Assembly (NCBI GenBank): GCA_963740175.1
Contig: CAVUDL010000004.1
Span: 1,600-65,599, forward strand
DNA: 64,000 bases
DNA from: an uncultured Gemmatimonadales bacterium
GTDB lineage: Bacteria > Gemmatimonadota > Gemmatimonadetes > Gemmatimonadales > GWC2-71-9
Direction: 5' to 3'
The notes under the pieces are model-generated. The model was not told the origin of the DNA and ran no database searches. It saw only the letters and a program-made list of their open reading frames with translations. Within the stretch, counting starts at the first letter, position 1. Each line of letters starts with the position of its first letter. The translations under genes were made by a program, and so were the position numbers. Shown piece after piece: positions 1-9,623 of this stretch.

Positions 1-606
1 GTCCGAGCCACTGGTAACGACGGTGCGGGCACCCAGGATTGAGGCGATCTGGAGTGCCGCAAGGGCAACTCCCCCGCCAATGCCCCAGATAAGCACCGTC
101 TCCCCGGCCCGCAGCTGCGCTCGGGTCACCAGCATCCGCCACGCGGTGAGCGTGGCCAGCGAGAAGGCGGCGGCCTGGGGCCAGGGCATATGGGATGGAA
201 CCGGCGCCAGGTTCCGGGCCGGCACCACGACCAGCTCGGCTGTCGTTCCGCCGGCGTGCTCACCCAGGACCCTGAGATCGGCGCAGAGCGAGTCCTCACC
301 TTCGCTGCAGGCGGGGCATTTGCCGCAGGACAGGGTGGGATTGATCATCACCCGGTCACCTGGCCGCCACGCCGATACCGCCGGGCCCACCTGCTCCACT
401 ACCCCAGCGCCGTCGGAGCCCACCACGTGTGGGTAGGTCAGGCGGGAGCCGGGCAAGCCCGCTGCAACGAATAAATCGAGACGGTTGAGGGCGGCGGCGC
501 CCATTCGGATCAGGACGTCATCCGGCGACTGGATGGCCGGGTCAGGCAACTCCTGTACCCTGAGTTGCTCGATGCCACCGGCAGCGGCCAGGGCCAGCGC
601 CTTCAT
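1..606 (-). CDS. Zn-dependent alcohol dehydrogenase / quinone oxidoreductase family (MDR), N-terminal ~200 aa; 3' end lies beyond the window edge
   Basis: Not in the ORF track because there is no stop inside the window. My reverse-complement translation from ATG at 606 reads MKALALAAAGGIEQLRVQELPDP...HVVGSDGAGVVEQVG...SCGKCPACSEGEDSLC...ETVLIWGIGGGVALAALQIA. This gives a GroES-like domain, a structural-Zn Cys cluster and a GxGxxG Rossmann start, with no in-frame stop down to nt 1. Confidence 0.8.
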   Translation of the reverse strand, partial: MKALALAAAGGIEQLRVQELPDPAIQSPDDVLIRMGAAALNRLDLFVAAGLPGSRLTYPHVVGSDGAGVVEQVGPAVSAWRPGDRVMINPTLSCGKCPACSEGEDSLCADLRVLGEHAGGTTAELVVVPARNLAPVPSHMPWPQAAAFSLATLTAWRMLVTRAQLRAGETVLIWGIGGGVALAALQIASILGARTVVTSGSD

Positions 607-619
607 CCGCTGGGACGGG

Positions 620-2863
620 TCAGAACGATGGGCTCAGGATCTGTTCGCCCGGGGTGAGCGGAACAGCGACAGCGGAGCCACCAGGCGCCGTAGATTGCAA
701 GAAGAGACTGAATTCCACCCGGCCTTTGGCGGCGTCGGTGATCTTCCCGACGACGTAGGCAAGGCGATCTCCCTCGCGCGACACGGCGAGCGCGGGAGCG
801 GGATCTTCGGTCTGTAGCAGCTGGATAGGGGCCGTGGTCCCCCATGGCAGCCGCATGACCCTGGACCCCTTGGACCGTCCGCCTCGTTCGGCGATATATG
901 CGATATCCCCATTGCGGAAGAACCGTGGGCTCGATTCACGTACCGGGCTCTGCGTGAGTCGGCGCTGGTCGGTCCCGTCAACATTCATCGCATAGACCTC
1001 GGGGTTGCCTTCCCGAGCTGATATGAAAGCGATCGTCCGGCCGTCCGGTGAAACGGACGGAGAGTGATTCCCCCCCGACGCCGTGGTCAGCTGCCGCATC
1101 TCCCCGCCCTGGAGAGGAATTACGGCAATGTGGGTAGCAATGCCCCGCGTGGCCGTGTACACGATCTGGCGCCCATCCGGCGTCCAGGTTGGCTCCCCCT
1201 CGCTGGCGCCATCGCTCGTAAGCCGCCGGACGTTGGTTCCGTCGGCATCCATGACATACAGGTCGAAGTTGCCGCTCCGGTTCGAGCTGAAGGCGATCCG
1301 GGTCCGGTCGGGCGAGAGCGCCGGCTGGATGTTGCTGGCGCTGTCCTGAAGCACGGGGAGCAGGGCAGTCGGGCCACCGGATCGGAGCTGATAGATCCCG
1401 AAGTTTCCACCGCGATTCGAGGTCAGGAGCAGCTCTCCCACTACGTAGACATCCGCCTTGGCGGTCTTGCCCCACGGCGTCGTAGCCGTCACCACGGCGT
1501 GTCCGGGAACGAGGCCGTCCACGGTGCCTTCCCGCACCAGCGCGACATCAGGCCGGTCCGAGCTCCACCGCACGCCGGTGGCGCGGCTGCTCATGGTGCC
1601 CGGCTCATCCTTCAGGAGGGCCGTGAACGTGGTGCGCAGCCCAGCTGTAACGCCCGCGCGTGCGGGCTGGATATCGATCTCACCCACCACGATGTGCACG
1701 GTCCACACCGCGGGCTGGATTCCCGGAAGCCGGGCGGTCAACGTGGTGGTACCCAAGGCCTTGGGTGTCAGAACCCCGGTGCTGCGATCGAAGCTGGCAA
1801 GGGTGGTGTCGGCCAGCTCCCAAACGATCCGCGCCTCGGGTATGGGGGTCGAGTCCGCGGCTTCGGCGGTGGCCGTGAACCGGCGAGTGGATCGAACAGG
1901 GAGTTGCACCGGACCGCCGCTCTGGAGTGGAGACACCACCAGGGCCTCCGGGAGCCGGTGCACCGTCACCGTCGCCCGCCGCTCCAGCGAAAATCCACTG
2001 ACAATGATTTCGGTCTTTCCCGGAGCGATGGCGCGTACGACTCCCGCCGGGGTGACCGTTGCAACGGCAGTATCGGCAGACCGCCATCGGATCAAACCGC
2101 GGATTTCACGATTTCCCTGTGACGGGACGATTGCCCGGAGGGTGTCCGTGTCACTGGGCCCCAAGGTGAGGCTATTGCGGGACAACGCGAAGTCCGGCTG
2201 AGAAACTTCCACCGACAGGGTTGCGAGCAGCCGGGTGTTGGTGGAAGCCTGAATGACCGTGCGCCCCGGCGACAGACCAGTCACGACACCGCTGCTGTCG
2301 ACCGTGGCAATCTCAGGTTTGATGGACCTCCAGGACACTCGTCCCGCTGCACCCGGCGATCCGTCGTTCCGCATCGCAAGGGCGGTGATCCGGACGCTCT
2401 CGCCGGGATAGAGTGCCGCGGATGGGGGATCGAGGGTCAGCACCGATGCTGTACCCCCTCGCCCCCCGGCAGCCTCGGGTGGAGCGCTGCCGGTGATGAG
2501 CACGGCCATGGAGGCACGGCGGCCCTGCGACCGTGCCTCGATCTTGGCAAGACCGGGGGTGACGCCGAGCACGGTGCCGTCCTTCCGCACCCGCGCTATC
2601 ATCGTGTCGGAGCTCCAGAAGGTGAACTTCGCCGCCGCGATCAGATTCCCCCGGGTATCGAAAGCCGCAGCGAAGAGCGCCTGCTTCTGACCCACACCCA
2701 GGGTCATGGTCTCGGGCGTAACCTGAATCTCCGAAACGTTTTGTGCTTGTGCGTCGAGAGCGCTGGCAGAGAATATCGCCGCCAGCCCTGCCAGCAGGGA
2801 TGGGCGGAGCGATAACGACAAACCAGCACCCTTTCGGGCCTGGCGGGTGTCATTGAGTTTCAC
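620..2863 (-). CDS. secreted protein with tandem bacterial Ig-like (Big_2-type) domains and a C-terminal TolB-like PD40/WD40-like beta-propeller
   Basis: 747-aa ORF with a signal-like N-terminus (LLAGLAAIFSASALDAQA). Repeated Ig-like modules (VTPGLAKIEA, LSPGRTVIQAS, IAPGKTEIIVSG, LVPGHAVVTATT) are followed by PD40-type repeats (LSPDRTRIAFSSNRSGNFDLYVMDADG, WTPDGRQIVY, VSPDGRTIAFISAREGNPEVYAMNVDG). Confidence 0.8.
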   Translation of the reverse strand: MKLNDTRQARKGAGLSLSLRPSLLAGLAAIFSASALDAQAQNVSEIQVTPETMTLGVGQKQALFAAAFDTRGNLIAAAKFTFWSSDTMIARVRKDGTVLGVTPGLAKIEARSQGRRASMAVLITGSAPPEAAGGRGGTASVLTLDPPSAALYPGESVRITALAMRNDGSPGAAGRVSWRSIKPEIATVDSSGVVTGLSPGRTVIQASTNTRLLATLSVEVSQPDFALSRNSLTLGPSDTDTLRAIVPSQGNREIRGLIRWRSADTAVATVTPAGVVRAIAPGKTEIIVSGFSLERRATVTVHRLPEALVVSPLQSGGPVQLPVRSTRRFTATAEAADSTPIPEARIVWELADTTLASFDRSTGVLTPKALGTTTLTARLPGIQPAVWTVHIVVGEIDIQPARAGVTAGLRTTFTALLKDEPGTMSSRATGVRWSSDRPDVALVREGTVDGLVPGHAVVTATTPWGKTAKADVYVVGELLLTSNRGGNFGIYQLRSGGPTALLPVLQDSASNIQPALSPDRTRIAFSSNRSGNFDLYVMDADGTNVRRLTSDGASEGEPTWTPDGRQIVYTATRGIATHIAVIPLQGGEMRQLTTASGGNHSPSVSPDGRTIAFISAREGNPEVYAMNVDGTDQRRLTQSPVRESSPRFFRNGDIAYIAERGGRSKGSRVMRLPWGTTAPIQLLQTEDPAPALAVSREGDRLAYVVGKITDAAKGRVEFSLFLQSTAPGGSAVAVPLTPGEQILSPSF

Positions 2864-3153
2864 CGGATGATTGATTCCAGAACGAGGATATCGGGTAATT
2901 ATAGCGCACGAGGGAGGTCACCGCATCGTGCTCGTGCCGGACCGGGGCCAGCAGCCGGGGCCGCGCTGTCCGAGTAACCGCATAGCGTCGAACGATTTCC
3001 AGTTCGGGTCCAGAGCTGATGGCAGATGGTGACGCGCCACGCCTTGCACAAGTTTTGAGGGCGTGCATGTTATATACGTGATTCACCGGTGGCGCAGGCG
3101 CGCCGCGATACCGGCGGCGGGTGGCGCCGCACATGCGATGGGAGGGAGCGAAG

Positions 3154-3609
3154 ATGGCCGAGCTTCATTATATGGAGATGGGCTGGTCGGGCTCAGGATG
3201 GATGGATCCCCTACCTATGGACAACACGATGCCCTCAAGTTCCTCCTCCTCCTCATCCTCGTTCGGCGATGGTGACGAGACCGCGCGTCCCCGCCGAAAG
3301 GCGGCCAAGAAGTCCGGCAAGAGAACGGCGAAGAAGGCCGCCAGGAAGGCGGGAAGATCGGCGAGGCGTTCGGCTCGCAAGAGCGCCCGGAAGGGCAGGA
3401 AGGCTGCTCGTAGGGCCGGTCGGTCAGCCAAGCGTTCAGCACGCAAGAGCGTCCGAAAGGTCAAGAAGGCTGTTCGTAAGGTCGGTCGGTTAGCCAAGCG
3501 CTCGGTCCGCAAGAGCGCTCGAAAGGGTAAGAAGGCTGCGCGTAAGGCCGGTCGGTCAGCCAAGCGCTCGGCTCGCAAGAGCGCCCGGAAGGGCCGCAAG
3601 TCGTCTTAG
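3154..3609 (+). CDS. Lys/Arg-rich tandem-repeat protein (histone H1 / AlgP-like basic repeats) with acidic, Ser-rich N-terminus
   Basis: ORF 3121..3609. I prefer the ATG at 3154 because GGGAGGGAG lies about 8 nt upstream. The C-terminal ~110 aa consist of about 4.5 copies of a 20-aa (60-nt) unit, [22 protein letters not shown]. Confidence 0.6.
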   Translation: MAELHYMEMGWSGSGWMDPLPMDNTMPSSSSSSSSSFGDGDETARPRRKAAKKSGKRTAKKAARKAGRSARRSARKSARKGRKAARRAGRSAKRSARKSVRKVKKAVRKVGRLAKRSVRKSARKGKKAARKAGRSAKRSARKSARKGRKSS

Positions 3610-5540
3610 CCGCGAGCCTCCAGTCGGGCCATGGCCGCGGCGCAGTTGATCAACGCAATGTGGGTGAAGGCCTGAGGGAAGTTGCCCAGGAACGCGCCGG
3701 TCGCGGGGTCGATCTCTTCGGAATAGAGTCCGACATGGTTCGCGTGGCGGAGCATGCGCCGGAAAATCCTGTCGGCCCGCTCGCGGTCGCCGATTGACGC
3801 CAGCGCCTGCGCTAACCAGAAGGTACAGATCGAGAAGGCGCCTTCTTCTCCCTCGAGGCCGTCGGGCTGCCGGTAGCGATAGACCAGCTCGCCATCCACA
3901 GTCGTCAGCTCCCGTGCGATAGCCTTCACGGTGCTGTGGACCCGGGGGTCGTTCCAGGGCAGGAACCGGAACATCGGAATGGCCAGCGCCGCGGCGTCAA
4001 GCACGTCGCTGTCATAAGATTGCACGAATGACTGCCGCGGCTCGCTCCAGCCCCGCTCCATGATCTCTGCGTGCAGCGCGTCACGCGCTGCCCGCCATGC
4101 CTCGGTGTCCCCCTCGAGGCTCAGCTCCTCGGCCATCCGGACACCGCGGTCCAGCGCCACCCAGCTCATCACCTTGCTGAACACGTAATGACGCACTTCG
4201 CCTCTGACTTCCCAGATGCTGGAGTCGGGCAGGTGCCAGTTCTTGCTGACCCAGTCGACCAGGCCCCGCAGGACGCGCCAGGTACCCTCGGTCATCTCGT
4301 GGTTCCGGCGCCAGATGTCGGCGGTCTCCATGACCTCGCCATACACATCCAGCTGAAGCTGGCCCACCGCGCCGTTCCCTACTCGGACCGGGCGGGATCC
4401 GAGATATCCGGTGAGATGGTCGAGCTGCCGCTCGATGAGGTCCCGCCTCCCATCGATTCCATACATGATCTGAAGATGCCCACCGCCCTCGTGGCGGCAG
4501 ACTTTCTTCAGAAACCGCATGAACTGGTCGGCTTCCCGGTAGTGTCCCACTGCATCCAGCGCGGCCAGCGTGAAGGCCGCGTCCCGGAGCCAGACGAAAC
4601 GGTAGTCCCAGTTGCGTACGCCGCCGATGGTCTCGGGGAGTGAGGTCGTGGGTGCCGCGATGAGGGCGCCGGTCTCCGCGTGGGTGAGCAGCTTCAAGGC
4701 CAGGGCGGAGCGCTTTACCATGCCGCGGAACGGGCCCTTGTAGCGAACCTTGGATGACCACTTCTGCCAGAATGCCGCGGTGATATCGAGCTTCCGGGAG
4801 CTTTCGTAGCGGTCGACCGGGTGGATATCGTCGTCGTCATACCGCAGCACCAGCCAACGCTCCTCCCCCTTTTCCATGTCGAACTGGGTGGTCGCGGTGG
4901 ACTGTTCGATGAGCCAGTTGAACGCTTTGGCGCTCGACAGGGTGAGCACCTGGTCGGTCCGGTCGGTAGCGAACAACCCCGCTCGCAGCAGCTCCAGGCG
5001 GGTGGTCCGGGCGCCATACTCGAAGCGGGGCATGAAGATCATCGACATCCGGGCCCGGCCCCGGGTGCAGCGAAGCTGCCGGTGGATTTCCGGATGCTCG
5101 CCCGAGGGCTGGCCGTCCTCGGCCACCGGCATGAAATCGGTGACCGTCACCATGCCGTGCTCGGTACGGAACGTGGTCTCGAGGATGTTGGTGCGCGGAA
5201 GGTAGCGTTGGCCGGAGGTCCACTGCCCCTCAGGCCGGATTGCCCAGCAGCCCCCCCGCTCGGAGTCCAGCAGCGAGGCGAAGACGCTGCCGCTGTCGAA
5301 GCGGGGAAGACAGCACCAGTCGATCGAGCCGTTGACTCCGACGAGCGCGGCCGTGCGCATGTCGCCGATGAGGCCGTAATCGGAAATGAGCTGTTGCCGA
5401 ACGGTGCCGGAGCGCCGGTCGGCGTCATCGGCCGGCGACAGCAGCTTGACGTCGGTCATCGCCCAATAATAAGCCGACAGAGACGGATCTTGCATCGCAG
5501 GGAGGAATCGTCCACCTTCCGGTACCATTTCCACCGACAT
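3606..5540 (-). CDS. glycoside hydrolase family 15 (glucoamylase/trehalase-like)
   Basis: 644-aa ORF with GH15-like stretches: [60 protein letters not shown]. Confidence 0.85.
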   Translation of the reverse strand: MSVEMVPEGGRFLPAMQDPSLSAYYWAMTDVKLLSPADDADRRSGTVRQQLISDYGLIGDMRTAALVGVNGSIDWCCLPRFDSGSVFASLLDSERGGCWAIRPEGQWTSGQRYLPRTNILETTFRTEHGMVTVTDFMPVAEDGQPSGEHPEIHRQLRCTRGRARMSMIFMPRFEYGARTTRLELLRAGLFATDRTDQVLTLSSAKAFNWLIEQSTATTQFDMEKGEERWLVLRYDDDDIHPVDRYESSRKLDITAAFWQKWSSKVRYKGPFRGMVKRSALALKLLTHAETGALIAAPTTSLPETIGGVRNWDYRFVWLRDAAFTLAALDAVGHYREADQFMRFLKKVCRHEGGGHLQIMYGIDGRRDLIERQLDHLTGYLGSRPVRVGNGAVGQLQLDVYGEVMETADIWRRNHEMTEGTWRVLRGLVDWVSKNWHLPDSSIWEVRGEVRHYVFSKVMSWVALDRGVRMAEELSLEGDTEAWRAARDALHAEIMERGWSEPRQSFVQSYDSDVLDAAALAIPMFRFLPWNDPRVHSTVKAIARELTTVDGELVYRYRQPDGLEGEEGAFSICTFWLAQALASIGDRERADRIFRRMLRHANHVGLYSEEIDPATGAFLGNFPQAFTHIALINCAAAMARLEARG

Positions 5541-5543
5541 TTC

Positions 5544-6017
5544 ATGCGTTCCTCCTTGCTCCTCGTGGCCACACTTCTCGCGGCCTGCCGTGGGAGTGCC
5601 CAGCCTGAAACGGCACCATCTCCAGGCTCTGGCCCTGCCGCACTCAAGCCTCTGATCACCGCGCAGCTGGACCGCTCAGCCGCGGATTGGAACCGGGGAG
5701 ACCTGGATGGATTCATGTCGGATTACGCTCCCGAAAGCACCACCACCTACGTGGATGGCCGCCGCTCCCGTGCCGGCTTCGACTTCATCCGCGGCGTCTA
5801 TGCGCCGCGGTTTGCTGCGGGTGCCCAGCGGGACAGCCTCCACTTCGAGGAGATCGAGGTCCGACCCCTCAGCCCATCGCTTGCCCTGGTGACAGCCCGC
5901 TTCATCCTCCAGCGCGGATCGGAGATCACCGCCAGCGGCCCTTTCACGCTGGTAATGGAACAGCGGCCCCAGGGCTGGAAGATTCTCCACGATCACTCCT
6001 CCAGTGATCCGCGCTAA
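5544..6017 (+). CDS. SnoaL-like / DUF4440 (NTF2-fold) lipoprotein
   Basis: C-terminal part of ORF 4821..6017; the upstream part is a shadow of GH15. ATG at 5544 gives MRSSLLLVATLLAAC (lipobox). DWNRGDLDGFMSDY is typical of NTF2-like DUF4440 proteins. Confidence 0.7.
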   Translation: MRSSLLLVATLLAACRGSAQPETAPSPGSGPAALKPLITAQLDRSAADWNRGDLDGFMSDYAPESTTTYVDGRRSRAGFDFIRGVYAPRFAAGAQRDSLHFEEIEVRPLSPSLALVTARFILQRGSEITASGPFTLVMEQRPQGWKILHDHSSSDPR

Positions 6018-7371
6018 CCAGGGCTGCAGCCTTGCCCTGGCCGGTCTGCTGTTTCTCGGCTGCAAGGGTGTGGCCAGCGACGGAATTGCACTGGTCGGCG
6101 CCACGCTGATCGATGGCAACGACGGCCCCCCTATGCGGGACGCCGTGGTCGTGGTGCGCCGCGGCCGCATCGAATCGGTGAGCGAGCGGGGCGGGTTCGA
6201 GTTGCCGCGGAGGACCCGGGAGGTGGACGTCTCCGGTCGTTGGATCATCCCGGGACTGATCGACGCCCACGCCCATCTGAGCCCGGCCGCAACCTGGGCT
6301 CCTCCCCGGTATCTCGCCTGGGGTGTCACCACCGTACGCGACGTACACGGTGGAACCGCTTCCATCCCCCAGCTCCGCAAGATCGCAGATGGCAGTCCGC
6401 CCCGAAGCCCCAGGGTCTACGCCGCCGGCGCCATGATTGACGGGCTCCCCACCACCTATCCCGATGCCATCGGCGTCAACGGCGAGAAAGATGCCCGCCA
6501 GGGCGTCGATCGACTGGTCACGGCGGGAGCGGATCTGATCAAGGTGTACACCCGGGTCGATGCGCCCCTGCTTCGCGCCATTGTGGATGAGGCAAAGGCG
6601 TTCAACCTGAAGGTCACCGCCCACCTGGGCATGACCGACGCGGTCACCGCCGCGAAGATCGGTATCGCTGCGATCGAGCACATGAGCGGGGTGCCCGAGG
6701 CAGCGTCCCGCAGCCCCTCGGCTCTGATCACGGCACACTACCGCGGCTTCTATCCGGGGTGGACCGCCTCGGAACGAAGCTGGGCCGACCTCGACTCCGC
6801 CGCTCTTACTCGGGTGGCCCAGCGTCTGGCCGAGGCCGGGATCACCATCATCCCGACGCTCGTGTTGCATGAAACGTTGAGCCGGCTCAGAGAGAGGAGC
6901 CTGTTGAGAGACCCCGCCCTGGAGGATGTCCCGGAGGAGCAGCAAAGGGACTGGGATGTGCCCGGGATGATCAACCGCGCGGGCTGGGCCGACACCGATT
7001 TCGACGCCTTTCGCCGCTCCCGGCCGATGCAGGATCTGTTTGTGCGAGCCTTCGCCGCCGCCGGTGGGCGGATCGCGGCCGGTACCGATGCTTCGAACCA
7101 GATGCTGGTGCCGGGCTACAGCGAGCACCGGGAAATGGAGCTGCTGGTTCGAGCCGGCCTGACCCCGCGCGAGGCGCTCCGGGCCGCGACGCGAAATGCC
7201 GCGGTGCTCCTGGGCGCTGACTCGCTCGGGCTCATCGCACCCGGAAATGCGGCGGATTTGTTGGTGCTGTCCCAGGATCCCCTGGCCGATATCCGGAACA
7301 CCCGGGCCATTCAGGCCATCATGGCGCGCGGTCATCTGCTCGACGCGGACTCGATTCGCGCCACCTGGTAG
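6004..7371 (+). CDS. amidohydrolase family metallo-hydrolase (imidazolonepropionase-like), probable lipoprotein
   Basis: 455 aa. It has LLFLGC near the N-terminus, the HxH metal motif GLIDAHAHL, a later AGTDA stretch, and the ADLLVLSQDPLADI tail typical of this family. Confidence 0.85.
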   Translation: MIRANQGCSLALAGLLFLGCKGVASDGIALVGATLIDGNDGPPMRDAVVVVRRGRIESVSERGGFELPRRTREVDVSGRWIIPGLIDAHAHLSPAATWAPPRYLAWGVTTVRDVHGGTASIPQLRKIADGSPPRSPRVYAAGAMIDGLPTTYPDAIGVNGEKDARQGVDRLVTAGADLIKVYTRVDAPLLRAIVDEAKAFNLKVTAHLGMTDAVTAAKIGIAAIEHMSGVPEAASRSPSALITAHYRGFYPGWTASERSWADLDSAALTRVAQRLAEAGITIIPTLVLHETLSRLRERSLLRDPALEDVPEEQQRDWDVPGMINRAGWADTDFDAFRRSRPMQDLFVRAFAAAGGRIAAGTDASNQMLVPGYSEHREMELLVRAGLTPREALRAATRNAAVLLGADSLGLIAPGNAADLLVLSQDPLADIRNTRAIQAIMARGHLLDADSIRATW

Positions 7372-7373
7372 CG

Positions 7374-8309
7374 ATGCGATCGGTCGACCGTTCTCTGCCC
7401 GGTGACCAGACGGGACCCGACAGCGTACGCGACGGCATCGAGCGGCTGCGCCTGTTTTTTGCCGAGGGCACCACCCGTCAGGCGGTCCTGGCGCGGCAGG
7501 CACTGGAGCAGCCGGCACCCGGTGACGAGCTGCTGGCGCGCAGCCTGGTGGATGACATGCGCGCGGAAACACGTATGGACGGCAGCATCGCCGGCGATGC
7601 CATGGCTACGATATGGCGGGCCCACGAGCTGCTGGACCTGGGATCCGCTGCCGATCACGCCGGCACCGTACGAGTGCTGGGCTGGGTACTCGACCTGCAG
7701 ACCAAGCCAGGTGCGTTCAGCGAGGGGTGCAGTCCGCCTCGCCACGCCCAACGCACATGCGAGCACTTCATCTCCGGTTTCTTTTCGCCCGCGCCCGCGG
7801 AGCAGCGGTTTGCACCGGTGATGCTGCCCAATGGGAAGGTGTTCCGCGCCGAGCCGGGGGCGCGTTTTGCCGTCAGCTGCCTGGCGCTGCGGGCGGCGCT
7901 TCGGGGAAGGCTGGACCATCGTCCGCAGGTGCGCCAGCACGTTCTGAGTCTGATCCAGCTCCAGGAGCACTGGCACGATTGGAGCGGATACTTCTCGGCC
8001 GATGCGATCATCGCCGGCATCCATGCACTAGCGTTTGCGCCTCCCGAGCACCGCGAGATCCTCCCCCGGCTCGCTACCGTCGTCGCGGCCCATCAATCGG
8101 ACGACGGCGACTGGAAGCAGGCCGACCTGTTCCATACACTGGATGCGCTGCACGCGCTGCATACGCCCGACGCTCAGGCGGCGGTCCGCCGGGCGGTTCC
8201 CGCACTCCTCGCTCGTCAGAGGATCGATGGCAGCTTCGGCTCGACCGCCCAGCAGGAACGCGCCCTCATTGCCCTGCGCTCATTGATCTGGGTGGGGAAG
8301 GAGATGTAG
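7374..8309 (+). CDS. hypothetical protein (alpha-helical repeat; family not recognised)
   Basis: 311-aa ORF with G/C-rich third positions. Its ATG lies 2 nt after the upstream stop, and the selD start lies 1 nt after its stop. Confidence 0.55.
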   Translation: MRSVDRSLPGDQTGPDSVRDGIERLRLFFAEGTTRQAVLARQALEQPAPGDELLARSLVDDMRAETRMDGSIAGDAMATIWRAHELLDLGSAADHAGTVRVLGWVLDLQTKPGAFSEGCSPPRHAQRTCEHFISGFFSPAPAEQRFAPVMLPNGKVFRAEPGARFAVSCLALRAALRGRLDHRPQVRQHVLSLIQLQEHWHDWSGYFSADAIIAGIHALAFAPPEHREILPRLATVVAAHQSDDGDWKQADLFHTLDALHALHTPDAQAAVRRAVPALLARQRIDGSFGSTAQQERALIALRSLIWVGKEM

Positions 8310-8310
8310 T

Positions 8311-9387
8311 GTGGCCGACGATCCGTTGGACCAGAAGCCGCGTATCCGACTGACCGCTCTGTCTCATGGAGCCGGCTGAGCCTGCAAGCTCGGCCCAGCC
8401 GACCTGGCGCAGGTCCTGCGCCATCTGCCCACCATCGCGGACCCCAGAGTCCTCATCGACGCCGCCACCCGGGACGACGCCGCGGTCTTCCTGCTGTCGC
8501 CCGACCGCGCGTTGGTAGCGACGGTAGACTTCTTTACCCCCATCGTGGACAATCCCGCCGCCTGGGGGGCCATCGCCGTCGCCAACGCTCTCAGCGATAT
8601 CTACGCGATGGGAGCTACCCCGCTCTTTGGCCTCAACCTCGTGGGCTGGCCCCGCGATCGGGCGCCTTTCGAGATGCTGGGTGAGGTTCTCCGAGGTGCG
8701 GCGGAAGTGACCGAACGGGCCCGGTGCCTCGTCCTCGGCGGACACTCCATTGATGCGGTTGAGCCTACCTTTGGCATGGCGGTCATTGGTGAGGTGCACC
8801 CGGACCGGATGCTGACCAACGCTGGGGCATGCGCGGGAGACATTCTCATTCTGACCAAGCCGCTCGGCACCGGGATCCTCGCCACAGCGCTCAAGCGCGA
8901 TGCCCTGTTGGAGGGCGGCATGGCCGACGCCGTTCGGTCGATGACTACGCTCAACGATGGTGCCGCGCGGGCGGCGCTTCGGATAGGGGTGAGCGCCGTG
9001 ACGGACGTGACCGGCTTCGGGCTGCTGGGCCATCTCGGCAACATGCTCGAGGCGAGCAGTGTCGCCGCGGAGATTGCCTTCGAGGCACTGCCCATCCTGC
9101 CCCACGCCCGCAACCTGGCCGCCCGGGGGGTCGTTCCCGGGGGCACCGAGCGCAACCTTGCGGCGGCCGAGCGGGTGGAGTGGGACCAGGACCTCAACGC
9201 CGCGGATCGTTATCTCTGCGTGGATGCACAAACATCCGGCGGCCTTCTGCTGGCCGTCCCGCCGGAAAACGAGGCCGCCCTGGTTGCCGCGCTGCAGGAG
9301 GAACAGACGCCCGCCGCGGCCGTCGTCGGCCGAATCGTCGCCGGGCCTGCGGGGCGGGTTCGGGTCACTCGGCAGCCCAGAAAGTAA
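8311..9387 (+). CDS. selD: selenide, water dikinase SelD, Sec-containing (UGA at 8377..8379 read as selenocysteine)
   Basis: The track lists only 8512..9387. The same frame stays open upstream apart from one TGA: GTG(8311) MADDPLDQKPRIRLTALSHGAG-U-ACKLGPADLAQVL...TVDFFTPIVDNP...TDVTGFGLLGHL...VPGGTERN...DAQTSGGLLLAV. An RBS (ggggaaggag) lies at 8294..8303. Confidence 0.85.
8377..8422 (+). promoter_or_regulatory. UGA-Sec codon plus candidate bacterial SECIS hairpin
   Basis: Perfect hairpin GGCGCAG-GUC-CUGCGCC at 8406..8422. The apical sequence GCAGGUC(C)UGC lies about 30 nt downstream of the UGA. Confidence 0.5.
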
Positions 9388-9398
9388 GAGCATTCCGG

Positions 9399-9623
9399 AT
9401 GGCTTCCCTCCGCTGGACAGCCGAGCGCATGGATCAGCTGGAACACGCCGCCCGCAAAGGTCTGCGAGTCGCACTCTCACGCAGAGGCACGGAGTACATC
9501 GTCGTAGCACTCCGGGTCACCACCGACGGGCGGGACGAGGTCCTGATCGGCCGACTGCCGATGACCGGCGAGGATCTGACATTCCGGCTCCAGGATATCG
9601 ACAGCTTCCAGGTCATCGAGTGA
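9399..9623 (+). CDS. small hypothetical protein (74 aa)
   Basis: C-terminal in-frame part of shadow ORF 8829..9623, starting at ATG 9399. The stop overlaps the rnhA GTG start (GTGA). Confidence 0.5.
   Translation: MASLRWTAERMDQLEHAARKGLRVALSRRGTEYIVVALRVTTDGRDEVLIGRLPMTGEDLTFRLQDIDSFQVIE

Noticed and set aside
3168-3599. Antisense ORF of the Lys/Arg repeat gene (143 aa, Leu/Arg/Ala-rich)
   Set aside because: It is a mirror image of the repeat. It lacks an RBS, and the sense frame has a GGAGG RBS and a codon pattern consistent with neighbouring genes.
5944-7572. Very long alternative-frame or antisense ORFs. Examples: 5944..7572 (-) 542 aa, 8266..9510 (-), 11557..12798 (-), 21762..23186 (-) 474 aa, 36134..38020 (+) 628 aa, 45559..46902 (+), 52163..53680 (+) 505 aa, 57262..58386 (-).
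   Set aside because: Each overlaps a gene with clear family motifs on the other strand or frame. Their translations are Arg/Gly/Pro/Ala-rich low-complexity text, typical of shadow ORFs in GC-rich DNA.
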